IMG/VR virus record: IMGVR_UViG_3300030333_004050
Source of the DNA: an uncultured virus (IMG/VR IMGVR_UViG_3300030333_004050)
Taxonomy: Duplodnaviria > Heunggongvirae > Uroviricota > Caudoviricetes
Direction: 5' to 3' (one strand)
Length of the DNA stretch: 64,000 nt
Shown here: positions 33,834 through 44,900 of the stretch, piece by piece
Position numbering within the stretch: the first letter of the stretch is position 1
How the letters are laid out: each line of letters begins with the position of its first letter
Notes under the pieces: generated by a model
Told to the model about the DNA's origin: nothing
What the model saw: only the letters and a program-made list of their open reading frames with translations
Database searches by the model: none
Made by a program: the position numbers and the translations under genes

Positions 33834-36440
33834 TTGGCTGATACAACAACCACAATCGCCACGAGAATTACGGCTGATTCGTCGCAATTCTCAGCCGCAA
33901 TGTCCGATGTAGGACGCGGTCTTTTGATGGCTGGTGGTAAAGCATCTCGGTTCGGAACTGCAATGAACGCGAACTTCAAAGCGATTACAGTTGGTGCAAG
34001 CCTGTTAGGTGCTTCATTAGCGGCCAATCTATTCAAGAAATCAAGTGATGAGTTCATCGAGTTCCAAGATACTCTCGTTAGAACTCAAGCGGTTATGGGA
34101 ACTACTGCTGAGCAGGCAACCAATCTTGAACAGGAGATTAGAAGCATTGCGGCCGCTACCAGGTTCACAGCCGCTCAAGCCGCACAGGCTACGGAAGTCC
34201 TTGCTATTGCTGGTGTGTCTTACAACGAATTGATTGATGACAAGGTAATAGATAAACTGGTCAAGTTTTCTATTGCTGGTGGTATTGATATTCAAACTGC
34301 GACCAACATTGGTGTTGCAGGTGTCAAAGCATTCCGTTTGGAAATGGCCGACTTAGACATGGTCACTGACACTCTCGTTAACACCTTTACAAAAGCGAAT
34401 GTCGATGTAGTCAATCTCGGAGAGGCGTTGAAGTTCAGCGCGCCCGTTGCCGCCGCCGCAGGTATCGAAATAGACGAGACTGCGGCCGCTATTGGTGCGT
34501 TAGGTAATGCTGGTTTGCGTGGAACAGTAGCCGGAACTGGTTTGCGTATGGCGATTAACAAATTGCTCAAACCGACCTTCGATGCAAGGAAGATAATCAA
34601 TGAATTAGGAATTGACATATTCGTCCTCTCGGACGCAGGTAAGGCGGCTAACATTGCGTTGAAAGCGACCATGAGTCAAATGAAAGTCACGGAGAGAATT
34701 ACTGCTCAACTCCAAATGGAAGTCAAACAATTGGAAAATGCGCTCAGTGATTTGTCATTATCAGAACGAAGGAACTCCTTAGCAATCTCTCAAATTAGAT
34801 TGCGGGCGGCAAGTCAGAATCGAGAACTTACCGATGATGAAATCGAGAGAATCAGAAGACTCGAATTGGCTAACGACAGTCTTTCAGTCACAATGCAACA
34901 ACGCGAAATTGATTTACAAATCGCGTCAGCCGCCGCAGAACAGTCAGCCGCTAAACAATCAGCGTTGAAGAAACAGGCAGACGACTTAACGAAAACAGTT
35001 GAGCAACAAACAGTTGGGTTAACTTCCTTGACGGATATGCTTAGACAAATGGAAGCGGGCGGTTTGACCGCCGCTCAAGCACTGGAGATATTCGGAGTTC
35101 GTGGTGGAACAGCCGCGCTATCGTTGTTGTCTCAAAGAGAAGCATTCGAGAAGTTGGTTGCGTCAAATCGAGAGGCGACTGGTAGGACGGAAGAGTTCTC
35201 TCAAGTATTGAAGCAATCTCCGTTTGAAGCAATGAAAGTTGCTTTGTCTAAGTTGGCTGAACAGATGTTAAGAATTGGTGAAATCTTCGTCCGTGAATTA
35301 TTCGATATGACAAAGGACGGGCAAACATTTCATGGTGTAATAAGCGACATGGGTGATGGACTCAAGAAAATAGTTGATGACAACGAACCTCAGTTGAAGA
35401 AATTGGCTAAACTGTTTGCTGAGAATCTGAAAGTGTCAATCGGAATCTTAATTTCAACTATTCCAATGATTCTGAAAGTAGTTGAGGCAGTTATCCGAAT
35501 CATGCCTGCTATCGCTATGGTTTTCAAAATCATGGTAGCCATACTACAACCCATGTTCCAATTCATTAACGGTATAATGTCGCTCGTAAATGTCTTCACT
35601 GACTTAATCGGCGTGACCGATACTGGAACTTCTCTATTCGCCGCACTACGCGACATCTTAGAGCCAATTCTGAATGTTCTATTCCCAATCACTCTTGCGT
35701 TTAGAATCTTTAGAGATGTATTTAGTGGATTCTTCGAGCCACTGGATAAAGTGTTGAACCTACTCTATGATTTGTCTTTCTTCATCGGCGGTGGCTTCAT
35801 TCTTTCAATAGGAAAGGGTGGAGCGGCTATGGCTCGTTTTACTGCACGATTCCCTCGTTTGGCTGGCTTTATGTCAAAACTCAGTGGGGGCTTCAAATCA
35901 TTCGCAACGAGTCTCAAAAACTTCGTCACTAAGCCTTTCAGAATGTTAGATGAAGTGTTGAAATCCATAATCAAAGGATATGAAAAACTCAAATCATTCG
36001 GTGGCTTCCTGTCACGACTTATTCCAAAATCGCCTGGCGCGAGAGTGAGAGAAATGGTGTTGGGAAGTCAAAGACCTTTCACACAAGGAGAAGCAATGCG
36101 ACGGCAGACGGCTGGTGGCTTATCAGTAGCAGAAGGCACTACGCGGTTAAGTGGTTTAGCAACGGGTGGAGTTGTGACAAGTCCTACCATATCCATGATA
36201 GGAGAGGCTGGACCGGAAGCAGTGTTGCCTCTCAACCCATCCATTCTCAGTAGTTTAGGAGAAGCAATCGCCAGTTCGAGTTCTTCAACCACTCAAACTG
36301 ATTCGATGTCAGTTAATATAGGCGACATCGTGATTAACGGCGACACACGCAATCCAAACGAAATAAAGCGCGTTCTTGAAGCGGAGTTGCCTCGCATCCT
36401 CTCCAAATCAGTTAGGCGTGGAAATACGGGGGTCTATTGA
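33834..36440 (+). CDS. Tail tape measure protein (TP901 family)
   Basis: T-x-FTA-x-QAA...LG-x-AL-x-F-x-APVA...AGLRG-x-x-AGT-x-LR; C-terminal LATGGVV...IGEAGPEAVLPL. Confidence 0.92.
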   Translation: MADTTTTIATRITADSSQFSAAMSDVGRGLLMAGGKASRFGTAMNANFKAITVGASLLGASLAANLFKKSSDEFIEFQDTLVRTQAVMGTTAEQATNLEQEIRSIAAATRFTAAQAAQATEVLAIAGVSYNELIDDKVIDKLVKFSIAGGIDIQTATNIGVAGVKAFRLEMADLDMVTDTLVNTFTKANVDVVNLGEALKFSAPVAAAAGIEIDETAAAIGALGNAGLRGTVAGTGLRMAINKLLKPTFDARKIINELGIDIFVLSDAGKAANIALKATMSQMKVTERITAQLQMEVKQLENALSDLSLSERRNSLAISQIRLRAASQNRELTDDEIERIRRLELANDSLSVTMQQREIDLQIASAAAEQSAAKQSALKKQADDLTKTVEQQTVGLTSLTDMLRQMEAGGLTAAQALEIFGVRGGTAALSLLSQREAFEKLVASNREATGRTEEFSQVLKQSPFEAMKVALSKLAEQMLRIGEIFVRELFDMTKDGQTFHGVISDMGDGLKKIVDDNEPQLKKLAKLFAENLKVSIGILISTIPMILKVVEAVIRIMPAIAMVFKIMVAILQPMFQFINGIMSLVNVFTDLIGVTDTGTSLFAALRDILEPILNVLFPITLAFRIFRDVFSGFFEPLDKVLNLLYDLSFFIGGGFILSIGKGGAAMARFTARFPRLAGFMSKLSGGFKSFATSLKNFVTKPFRMLDEVLKSIIKGYEKLKSFGGFLSRLIPKSPGARVREMVLGSQRPFTQGEAMRRQTAGGLSVAEGTTRLSGLATGGVVTSPTISMIGEAGPEAVLPLNPSILSSLGEAIASSSSSTTQTDSMSVNIGDIVINGDTRNPNEIKRVLEAELPRILSKSVRRGNTGVY

Positions 36441-39400
36441 TGGTAAGAGCGGTTCAGAATATCACTAAACCATTCTCTCGTATCAAGAACGGGTTGGCTG
36501 AACTTCAGCCTATGTGGCCTGCCTACATCAAGAACGACGGAAAGGGTGGACTAACCATTGACCCTATGCTGTTCCGTAGTATATTCGGACCGGAGACAAA
36601 CTCGGATGTAGGACTTTTGGAAGATGTAGCGAACACGCCAGGTATTCGAGTCGAAGCAATCAACGACGACGGAACAGATGTGTCGGGAACAGAACCAACT
36701 ATCACAATCAGTGGCGCAGGTGGGTTTAGGCCAATGGCTCATATCTTTGACGGAACTAACACAATCAAGGTATTTCTTATCGCCCCTTCACCGGAAGGCA
36801 AGACAGCATCAGACCCCGATGGTCTATACTCAAACGACCCAACAAAGAGAAACTTCCCATTCTATGATGAAGCCAATAAGACTCAACACTACGGTCCTTA
36901 TCCTGTCTTCATGACTATACAGGAACTCGCCGAGTTCATTGACGATTATCGCCATGTAGGTGAAGCAAACGCCGACAAGCCCGCATGGTTGCCTCACGGT
37001 TTGATAGGCCGTGAAGCAAACTCAACTGCGGCCAATGTAGCACACGGTAGCGAGCCTCGCGGTGCGGGTAGTGATAGTTTTCAAGCGGCGAGTAAGTTCC
37101 GAGCAACCGTATTCCATCCTATGCTCTTAGATGTCAACCAATTCTCGAAAGACATTAGTGGGGCAACACAGAATGTGACGACAGGTGTGACCGCCGGAGA
37201 TGTCACATGGTCTAAGTATGCAGATAACGGAATAACAAGATACGACCCCGACCCCGAAACTGGCGATACCTCAGTTGTGAAATACAAGGTATTCGGCAAG
37301 TCCGGCGACCATAAGATAGGCAGGCTACACACTAACTACAACGACCATGATGGTCAGTCAAACTTCTTCCAATCATTCGATTCAACCGCAGTGCATCTTC
37401 CAAAGTATAGAATGAAGATGGCTCTTGCTTGCTTCTTGAAGAACGGCACATACAGTCTCAACGACGGTGCGTTGATTCCATACATATACGACCCAACGAG
37501 ATACATTGGCGGAACTACGACTACTACTCTTTACGCAGTGTGGGATGGTCAGAATGGATATGGTAGCCCATTAGACTCAACACACAACACGAGCAACTAC
37601 GATATTAGCGACGACTGCTCGGCACAGATTTACCCTTACTTCGATTTCACACAAGGACCACTTGCGCCGTCCGCTCAAAGCAACAACTGGTCTAACGAGA
37701 TGATGACCGATAGGCACACCACAGATGAGGCAGGGTCGTCTGAGCCTAATGTGTTAGCATTTGGAACTGCACCAGCACCACACAGGGCCGAGATAGTGGG
37801 GATAAGGAAGTCCGGTAATTGGGTTGAATTGTATTGTGTCCGCTCGAATACAGTAGGAACGAGTGGCGCGGAATTAGCAACAGGCGACCCAGTGTATATC
37901 GAGGGCTTACCTGGCTCTCTCGGAACTGATAGTAAGGCCGTCCATCCAAACGACTTAGACAAGATGTGGCCGGACAGGTGGGGCGAGAGAGGACAGAAGG
38001 AAGACCAAGTGCGCGACATGAATGGTTGGTGGATAACATCACAAAATGGCCTAAACACCATTGACGGTCAAAACACAAAAATTACCATTTCAAAGACAAG
38101 TGCTGGGTCAGCGCAGGCCACTCTTAACGGTGGAACGATAGCGTCGTCTGAATGCACCGAAGACGCGGGCGCGGGAACTGGAGACATGGACGACCATTGG
38201 GGAAGTCCATACGCTACTGGGGGCAATCACGAATACTATCTTCAAAGGATTAGGATTTACATTGCGTGGGAAGACAGCGCGAACGACGCGGTGTATCTCG
38301 TTCCTCGAAATACTGCTTATGTGAGAGTGGGTAGGGCTGGTGGCTCTCAACACAAATACCACTCAGACGGCGGCACAGGAGCGGCAGATTCCTACTTCCA
38401 AATACCCGACCGAGACGCTACGAAAGAAGGCGACCCTTCACACTACGCAGTGGGAACAGGAATACAAGTCGGCGTATCTCAGATGGACTCCAATGTTCCT
38501 GTCGCATCATCGTCCGATAGCACATTTCCAGGCCGACCTACTCTCGGTGAGAAGTCTGTTGCTTCGTCTGATGGAGTTCATAGAGATGGACGCCCAGTGG
38601 TTAGAGGCATTCACTTAGTCGGTATAGGAAAACAGAATACAATTCAGAACGCACAGGACCAATACGGAGAAGGTGGCGGCGCACTACGCATACCACCACC
38701 ACTGGGTTTTGACCTATGTGACAGATACAACGGACATGAAGCCAGCACTCTCACCCTACGGGCGGACTCCAAAGCACCAAACATGAATGGTGAGTATGGT
38801 CACGATAAGTGGGCGTATCGAGGGGTTAGCACTCCACTTTGGTCTTTCACTGACACTATGACAGGACGACGCGCATGGGATTACATCAAACCAACCGGAG
38901 TTAGTGGAACATGGACCTATGGAAGAAATCGTTGTTGGCCTGGTCACGAAAGACTCGGAACGAGATTATCCGCTTCACCTACGCTTCTCCGTAGCACTGA
39001 CCACTCCGCTACCTGGACTGTGACTACCACAGGAAATAATCTCGTCACCGAAAGAGAGGCAACTAAGAAATACGGCCTGTCCGAAATGGCTTGCTCACCA
39101 ATTCATCTTGACTTTGAGATGACTGCCTACTTCCCCGCGCAACAAAATAGAATGGTAATGATAGAGTTTGACGGTGGTGAAGAACACCCTCACTTCGGCA
39201 GACATTCTATGGTGGCTATGACCCCTGCACGAAACTATGGGTTTGGTATCGAGCCGATATGGGATGGAACAGATACACAAGGCGTGTCATGGTTCGATAA
39301 CTCACCACTCAATGTCTCCGGTAATGCGGTGACTGCAACTGGACTCATTGACCCCGACATAGGCCCAGTTGTGACTCAACCAACTAATAGTCCTCAGACA

Positions 39401-41965
39401 CTATACCAATTCTTCAGTCATGTCACAACCAGTGGAACTTCGATAGGAAGTAGTAATGATACCCGCGCTGGTGGCTACTTAACAAAAGCAAATCAAAACG
39501 ATTCAAGCCTTGATTTAGTGCCTGCTAAATCACTACAAAGGTTATTCTTCAATCATACTCCAAACGGTGCTAAAGGACCATTTGCAGACGCAACATTTGG
39601 CGTCGCGTCGGCTGATGTAGGCAAGACATTCCCGCCCACATCAACATACAACCGACCTGCAATATGGATGACTGCTGGCGCAAACCATCTAACGACCAGT
39701 GGCTCATGGACTAACCAAGTGCCGGAAAACGATTTCACACTTCCAGGCACAGGTGGGTTCGGAAGACTCGGTAATCGGTTTGGCTCAAGTGATTACTTCT
39801 CATTCTCGGAAGGAACACACACCCTACGAACTCTTTTCAACAGCAAAGGTATGACTTTCATTTGGAACGGAGATGTAGTCGGAACTGACCGTTCGTGTGC
39901 AATTCCGGTTTGGAATATGAGTATCAAAATGTGTGACTTGACAACCATGCCGATAAGGACTCCCTTAGTTCATGGAAGTGTTGCTGGTGACATGAGGACC
40001 ATGAACACAGGCAAACGAGATTACAACATCAGCACTCGAAACACATTCGGAAAAAAGAGAGGCGCGCAATTCCTTCTTAGAGTTGACAATTGCGATTATT
40101 CCGCATCACTAAACACACTAACACTACACACTGCGGATTTACCAACCGACCAAACAGTAGTAAGAAATGTTCTCGAAGGCACAAGCCCTGCGGCTTCATC
40201 TTACAATGCGCGATTTTTCATTAACGGTAATACTGCATACACTTTCACAGGTTTTGCGACAGTCGGTGGAGAGTTGGTTCTCAGTGGTTGCGCGGTTGTT
40301 AGCGGCTCAGAACAGGCAGACGCAACAGGTTCTCTAACTGTCTATATTCCACTCGACCGCAACCAATACATTCATTCTGATTATACACCAGCACATCAAC
40401 TGTCAACAACTGCACTCGTCACAGAAACAGCGATTGCTCCTTACCTTCCAGCCGCTCCTACATTCGCGCTCGACTCAAGAGGCGAAATAACACGATTGAC
40501 AAATCCAACCTTGCAGAAGTCGAATCAAGACCTACAAATTGATTCTATGACAATGCGTCATCTCCCTACTCCGGCCATGCTTCCTTTCACTGTTGACACC
40601 GTCAAGCAACAACCATCCGCCACTGTCGCCAAATACAACAACCTGTATGTGACGGCCGAGAATATAGACACGACCAAAGGAATGGATGTTAGAGTGACAT
40701 TGTTAGAGCCACCGACTGTTGCTACCATAGACCAAGAAGCGTCAACTGTCATCACTGGCTTTGATGATGTGGCTTTGGACTTCGTAGGCGGACAGGGTAT
40801 CTTGAGCCTCGCTGACTTACCTACAAGCGCGATTACCAACGGGTTCGTAATTCGATTCCTGTTCTCAATTCCTTCAACGGAAGAAACTCCCCTGCATCCT
40901 ATTGACTGGTCGGCAATACCCATCATTCGTTCGTGGGAAATTGATTATGACGAGAAGCCAACAGTTGATGTGGCCGTGATAACCAACTCATTCGATGGAA
41001 CTACTGCTACAAGTGTCGGCTCAAGTGATACATCATTCACAACAAAGGTAGGACACATCATAACCTACCGAGTCACTGGTGCTACCACTGACACTGCAAA
41101 GACGATAACGCATTTCAAAGTCGAGTATGGAGACGCAACAGACAGTGGGTGGGTCGAAGTGACCACACCTGCAACAAGCATCTCACAAGACATATCTCAT
41201 GTCTATGCTACAACTGGTGGAACTAAGGTAGTCAAAGCGTATGTCAAAGATAGTGCGGGCAACGAGTCGGCGGCTTCCGACCCCAGCATTACCTACACCA
41301 TTAGCAACGCCGCTCCAGTAGCGGTGCTGAAAGCAATTCCTTCAATGGTGAGAGCAGGCCAAGCAATACGGTTCGATGGAACTTCATCATACAGTATCAA
41401 CACAAGCGCAACTCTCAGCACATACACATTCTCGTTCGGTGACGGCTCATCTGACGCCGCATCGGCTACTGCCTACAATGACCATACCTACGCAGACGCA
41501 GGCGAATACCAAGCCACGCTTACCGTGACTGATTCCAACGGAACTACATCGGCTACTGCAAAAGTGGTAGTGAAAGTGTTGCCTGCAACATTGGTAGTTC
41601 CATTGACGCTCAATACAAAACCGAGTGGCTTCCGTAGGAGAAGGAGCGCGAGTCTCACCCAAACCCCAGTATTAGATGCAATCTATCCCGAAGTGACCGA
41701 CTCCGGTCAGCGCGGAGATGAGTTCGAGTTATCCGGTCTGTTCCTCAAAGCGACCGAGAACACTGACATTGAGTTTATGGAAGAGTTGCTCCACAGTGGC
41801 GCGCTCGTCGAGTTCGAGTGGGAAGCAGTCAATTACTCCGGCACTGAGACTGGAAAGACATTCGTTGGTAGGATGATTTCATTTGACTATGAGCGAACTG
41901 GTGGGAACACTGGTCAAACCCCATACACGGCCGTCTTCGTAAGAGAGGCTGGACTGGGGGTATGA
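36437..41965 (+). CDS. Giant tail protein with two PKD domains and a distal-tail-like C-terminus
   Basis: 1842 aa, T/G/S-rich; FDGTSS...YTFSFGDG...HTYADAGEYQATLTVTD (PKD). Confidence 0.75.
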   Translation: MMVRAVQNITKPFSRIKNGLAELQPMWPAYIKNDGKGGLTIDPMLFRSIFGPETNSDVGLLEDVANTPGIRVEAINDDGTDVSGTEPTITISGAGGFRPMAHIFDGTNTIKVFLIAPSPEGKTASDPDGLYSNDPTKRNFPFYDEANKTQHYGPYPVFMTIQELAEFIDDYRHVGEANADKPAWLPHGLIGREANSTAANVAHGSEPRGAGSDSFQAASKFRATVFHPMLLDVNQFSKDISGATQNVTTGVTAGDVTWSKYADNGITRYDPDPETGDTSVVKYKVFGKSGDHKIGRLHTNYNDHDGQSNFFQSFDSTAVHLPKYRMKMALACFLKNGTYSLNDGALIPYIYDPTRYIGGTTTTTLYAVWDGQNGYGSPLDSTHNTSNYDISDDCSAQIYPYFDFTQGPLAPSAQSNNWSNEMMTDRHTTDEAGSSEPNVLAFGTAPAPHRAEIVGIRKSGNWVELYCVRSNTVGTSGAELATGDPVYIEGLPGSLGTDSKAVHPNDLDKMWPDRWGERGQKEDQVRDMNGWWITSQNGLNTIDGQNTKITISKTSAGSAQATLNGGTIASSECTEDAGAGTGDMDDHWGSPYATGGNHEYYLQRIRIYIAWEDSANDAVYLVPRNTAYVRVGRAGGSQHKYHSDGGTGAADSYFQIPDRDATKEGDPSHYAVGTGIQVGVSQMDSNVPVASSSDSTFPGRPTLGEKSVASSDGVHRDGRPVVRGIHLVGIGKQNTIQNAQDQYGEGGGALRIPPPLGFDLCDRYNGHEASTLTLRADSKAPNMNGEYGHDKWAYRGVSTPLWSFTDTMTGRRAWDYIKPTGVSGTWTYGRNRCWPGHERLGTRLSASPTLLRSTDHSATWTVTTTGNNLVTEREATKKYGLSEMACSPIHLDFEMTAYFPAQQNRMVMIEFDGGEEHPHFGRHSMVAMTPARNYGFGIEPIWDGTDTQGVSWFDNSPLNVSGNAVTATGLIDPDIGPVVTQPTNSPQTLYQFFSHVTTSGTSIGSSNDTRAGGYLTKANQNDSSLDLVPAKSLQRLFFNHTPNGAKGPFADATFGVASADVGKTFPPTSTYNRPAIWMTAGANHLTTSGSWTNQVPENDFTLPGTGGFGRLGNRFGSSDYFSFSEGTHTLRTLFNSKGMTFIWNGDVVGTDRSCAIPVWNMSIKMCDLTTMPIRTPLVHGSVAGDMRTMNTGKRDYNISTRNTFGKKRGAQFLLRVDNCDYSASLNTLTLHTADLPTDQTVVRNVLEGTSPAASSYNARFFINGNTAYTFTGFATVGGELVLSGCAVVSGSEQADATGSLTVYIPLDRNQYIHSDYTPAHQLSTTALVTETAIAPYLPAAPTFALDSRGEITRLTNPTLQKSNQDLQIDSMTMRHLPTPAMLPFTVDTVKQQPSATVAKYNNLYVTAENIDTTKGMDVRVTLLEPPTVATIDQEASTVITGFDDVALDFVGGQGILSLADLPTSAITNGFVIRFLFSIPSTEETPLHPIDWSAIPIIRSWEIDYDEKPTVDVAVITNSFDGTTATSVGSSDTSFTTKVGHIITYRVTGATTDTAKTITHFKVEYGDATDSGWVEVTTPATSISQDISHVYATTGGTKVVKAYVKDSAGNESAASDPSITYTISNAAPVAVLKAIPSMVRAGQAIRFDGTSSYSINTSATLSTYTFSFGDGSSDAASATAYNDHTYADAGEYQATLTVTDSNGTTSATAKVVVKVLPATLVVPLTLNTKPSGFRRRRSASLTQTPVLDAIYPEVTDSGQRGDEFELSGLFLKATENTDIEFMEELLHSGALVEFEWEAVNYSGTETGKTFVGRMISFDYERTGGNTGQTPYTAVFVREAGLGV

Positions 41966-41968
41966 TAG

Positions 41969-44900
41969 ATGGCGTCTCGGCAAGTGGACTTACGCCCACC
42001 CATAGGTGCTGAGCCTGGTCTTCCCCTCACTTCTGAGATAACGGCAAGTGGAACATTCACTGAGTTAGCAACAAACAACGCCTCTCCGAATGTCGCTAAA
42101 CTACTTTTGAACACACAAGCACCGCGCCTTAATTTTGAGATGGGATGGCTCGAAACAAGCCAAGTGCGCGTCAGTTCACAAGGTGGTTCACTTCATAGTG
42201 CGGGCAACGCAACCAACTCAGTTAGTGGAACTTTCATGACAACATCTGAGCCAGGAAGATTTGCCGCACACAAAAGAAGGAGTGTGACAACAGCACAACC
42301 AGGCAATTTCACATTCACCGACCTACGCGATTCCGTCGAAATACCAGCACACGATACTTCCTTACTTAGTTCCTCAATTCACGAATCCGGTTTAGGTAAG
42401 TCACTCAACATCGTTCATTATTCGGCAACTGACCTTCCATCGAACGGCATGGGGATTGACTACAACTCAGCACACAACGGAGCATACTCAGTTCAGTTAT
42501 TCTCCGGCGGGCTACAAGCGTCGCCAAGCAGTCTTCAACTAACTGCTCACACCAATTATCAAAACTTAGAGGACAGTCAGTATTGGGGAGTCAATCTCGG
42601 AGTCAGACAAACCGTTCTTGCATCCGGCGTATCACTATCCGCTCCGCCGAACACACCGTCAGCCGCCGACAACACAAACATTCTAACTGACTTCTCAACG
42701 ATACAGACACCACTGGTTAGAGATGATTCTAACTTGAAGACAATTGGTTCAGTGCATAAAGGAAATCATGTAGTCGCTGACTCATGTGGTTTGTTGGGTT
42801 ATGAAGGAGTAATGGTAGCAACTGCTTTCTTCAACATACCCGATAACACATACGGTGGAACAGATGTGAAGACATTTGCTGGATTGAATATACAGGTTCA
42901 TTCCGGTCAGTCTTTGGTTAGGAATGGTAGGTGGTATGCTGACTCTTCCTTAGCCTCGACAGCGAGATACTACTACTCAGACGACACGGCAATAATGCCG
43001 ATACAAGAAGCACTGGCTACAAAGGGGATAAGGAAAAACAGTGGCGAATCCGTTGAATCAAATCAAACTCTATTTCACATTGGAAAAAATGTGAACACGG
43101 ATGGAGACGAACTCCAGGTTCAATCGGGAACTAACAACGGACGCGCGTATTCCTCAGCAAAAGCAGACGGAAACATATTCGGTGATGTGACTTCAACTGG
43201 AAATTGGAAGAAAACATCAGCAATCTCAACGACCTTCCTTGCTGATAAAGTTCCAACGCGAGTCCGTATAGTTCCATCTTTGGTATCTTACGAAACCGTG
43301 ACTGTTGGTTCAACGACATTCCGTAAGCCAATAGTGGACTATCATGTTCTTATCTCGGTTGTTGAAACACCAAAGTCAATCGTTCAAGGAAGCAGTGAAG
43401 ACTATGAAACTCGCAACGACCCAACCTATGCAAGTAATTTCATCAACGCTGATTATTCGGAAGATTCGGTTCTCATCTATCATGGTATATTCAGAATCAA
43501 CCCCAATGAACTGAGCGAAGTCAAACTGGGAACTACGCTACAATCAAACATGGTAGTTCCAAAGGACTGGGGCTTGCATCAACTTACGCCGTTCCGTCCT
43601 TTGGCTAACCCTAACTGGGCGCGCATTCCGAAATTGTGTGGAACGATAGAGTCGGGCGGCTTCTATCAAAGAGGGGGCATCAGCCATCTTTGGGATGCAG
43701 ACGCTTACGGTGGAGAACTACTGGTGGCGGCTGATGCAATAGACGCATCCGACTTCAATTCATCAGTATGGGGCAACGGGCAAGTTTGGTTAGACGGAGA
43801 TAAGACGGGAGCGGCTGACCCACGAGGAAGTGAACTGCTCATCTTCCGTTGGACTCCAACCAACGACGACCTCTATGAAGCAGGTAAAACAACACCAACC
43901 AGTAATCCTCTCTATACCCTTACAAACGGACAGACTGATTCCGGTTCTCTAAGGACGGGAATAAGCATAAGCAATTATCTGTATCAATGGGTAGTTCATG
44001 ACTGGGTATTTCCTCAAGTTGAATTGATGAGATATTTGGGTCAAGAAAGGAAGGATAGAGCCAGGCATCCCGACCATACTTCCTACGCGGCCGCGTTATT
44101 ACATCCTACTCTCCACTGTTCTTCCTTCAGAATTATGGAAGATGGAAAAATGATGATGGCCGCTATTCACCGAGATATGATAAGCGCGGACACTGAATAC
44201 CCAGCCGCAGATATTACGGCATGGCCTTTCAATCCCGATATGTTCTCCAACCCTTGCCCGCCAGGATATTACTACAACGGCACTGCGTGTGTGAAGATAG
44301 TTGACGAGCAGTCAGACCCAGTTAGCGGAACTGGTGGTTCAGTCTTCGCTGACCCAACGCCGCACGACTCCAACCCCGACCAGTCCTTTGGCGGTTCTAA
44401 CTTTGGTCGCGCTCCAACATGGGCGACACTGAAAGCCTCTTCGAGCGCGAGAAGTCTCATCCTTCTTTGGTCTGATATTAAAGCAGTTAATGGAAAAGTC
44501 AAGGCTGGTAAAGCGAAGTTTGAGATAACCTACTCAACGATTGATGGAAGCGAGAAGGGAACACAAAACTGGGTCGAGGAAGACACATGGTGGAGTGGTT
44601 CTCGTATCGCCTATTGGTATGAAGAATCAGCCCAGCGCGCGATACCAATTACTTACGGCTCATATCCCGAAGCGCGTTGCTCTCATGTGGTTCTTCCAAA
44701 GAGCCTACCTCACTTACTGAGCGGGGGAGACATCTTACACGGCTACCCATACCGAACTACGCTCGACCGTAGTTTTGCTAAAGCCGATTTCACAACCAGG
44801 CTGTCTTCTTGCGACACATGGATGACAGACAGAAGAGAACATCTCATCAAAACAAGATTCGTTCCTACGACAGTCGGCTTTGCTGACTTTGCCGCAGGCG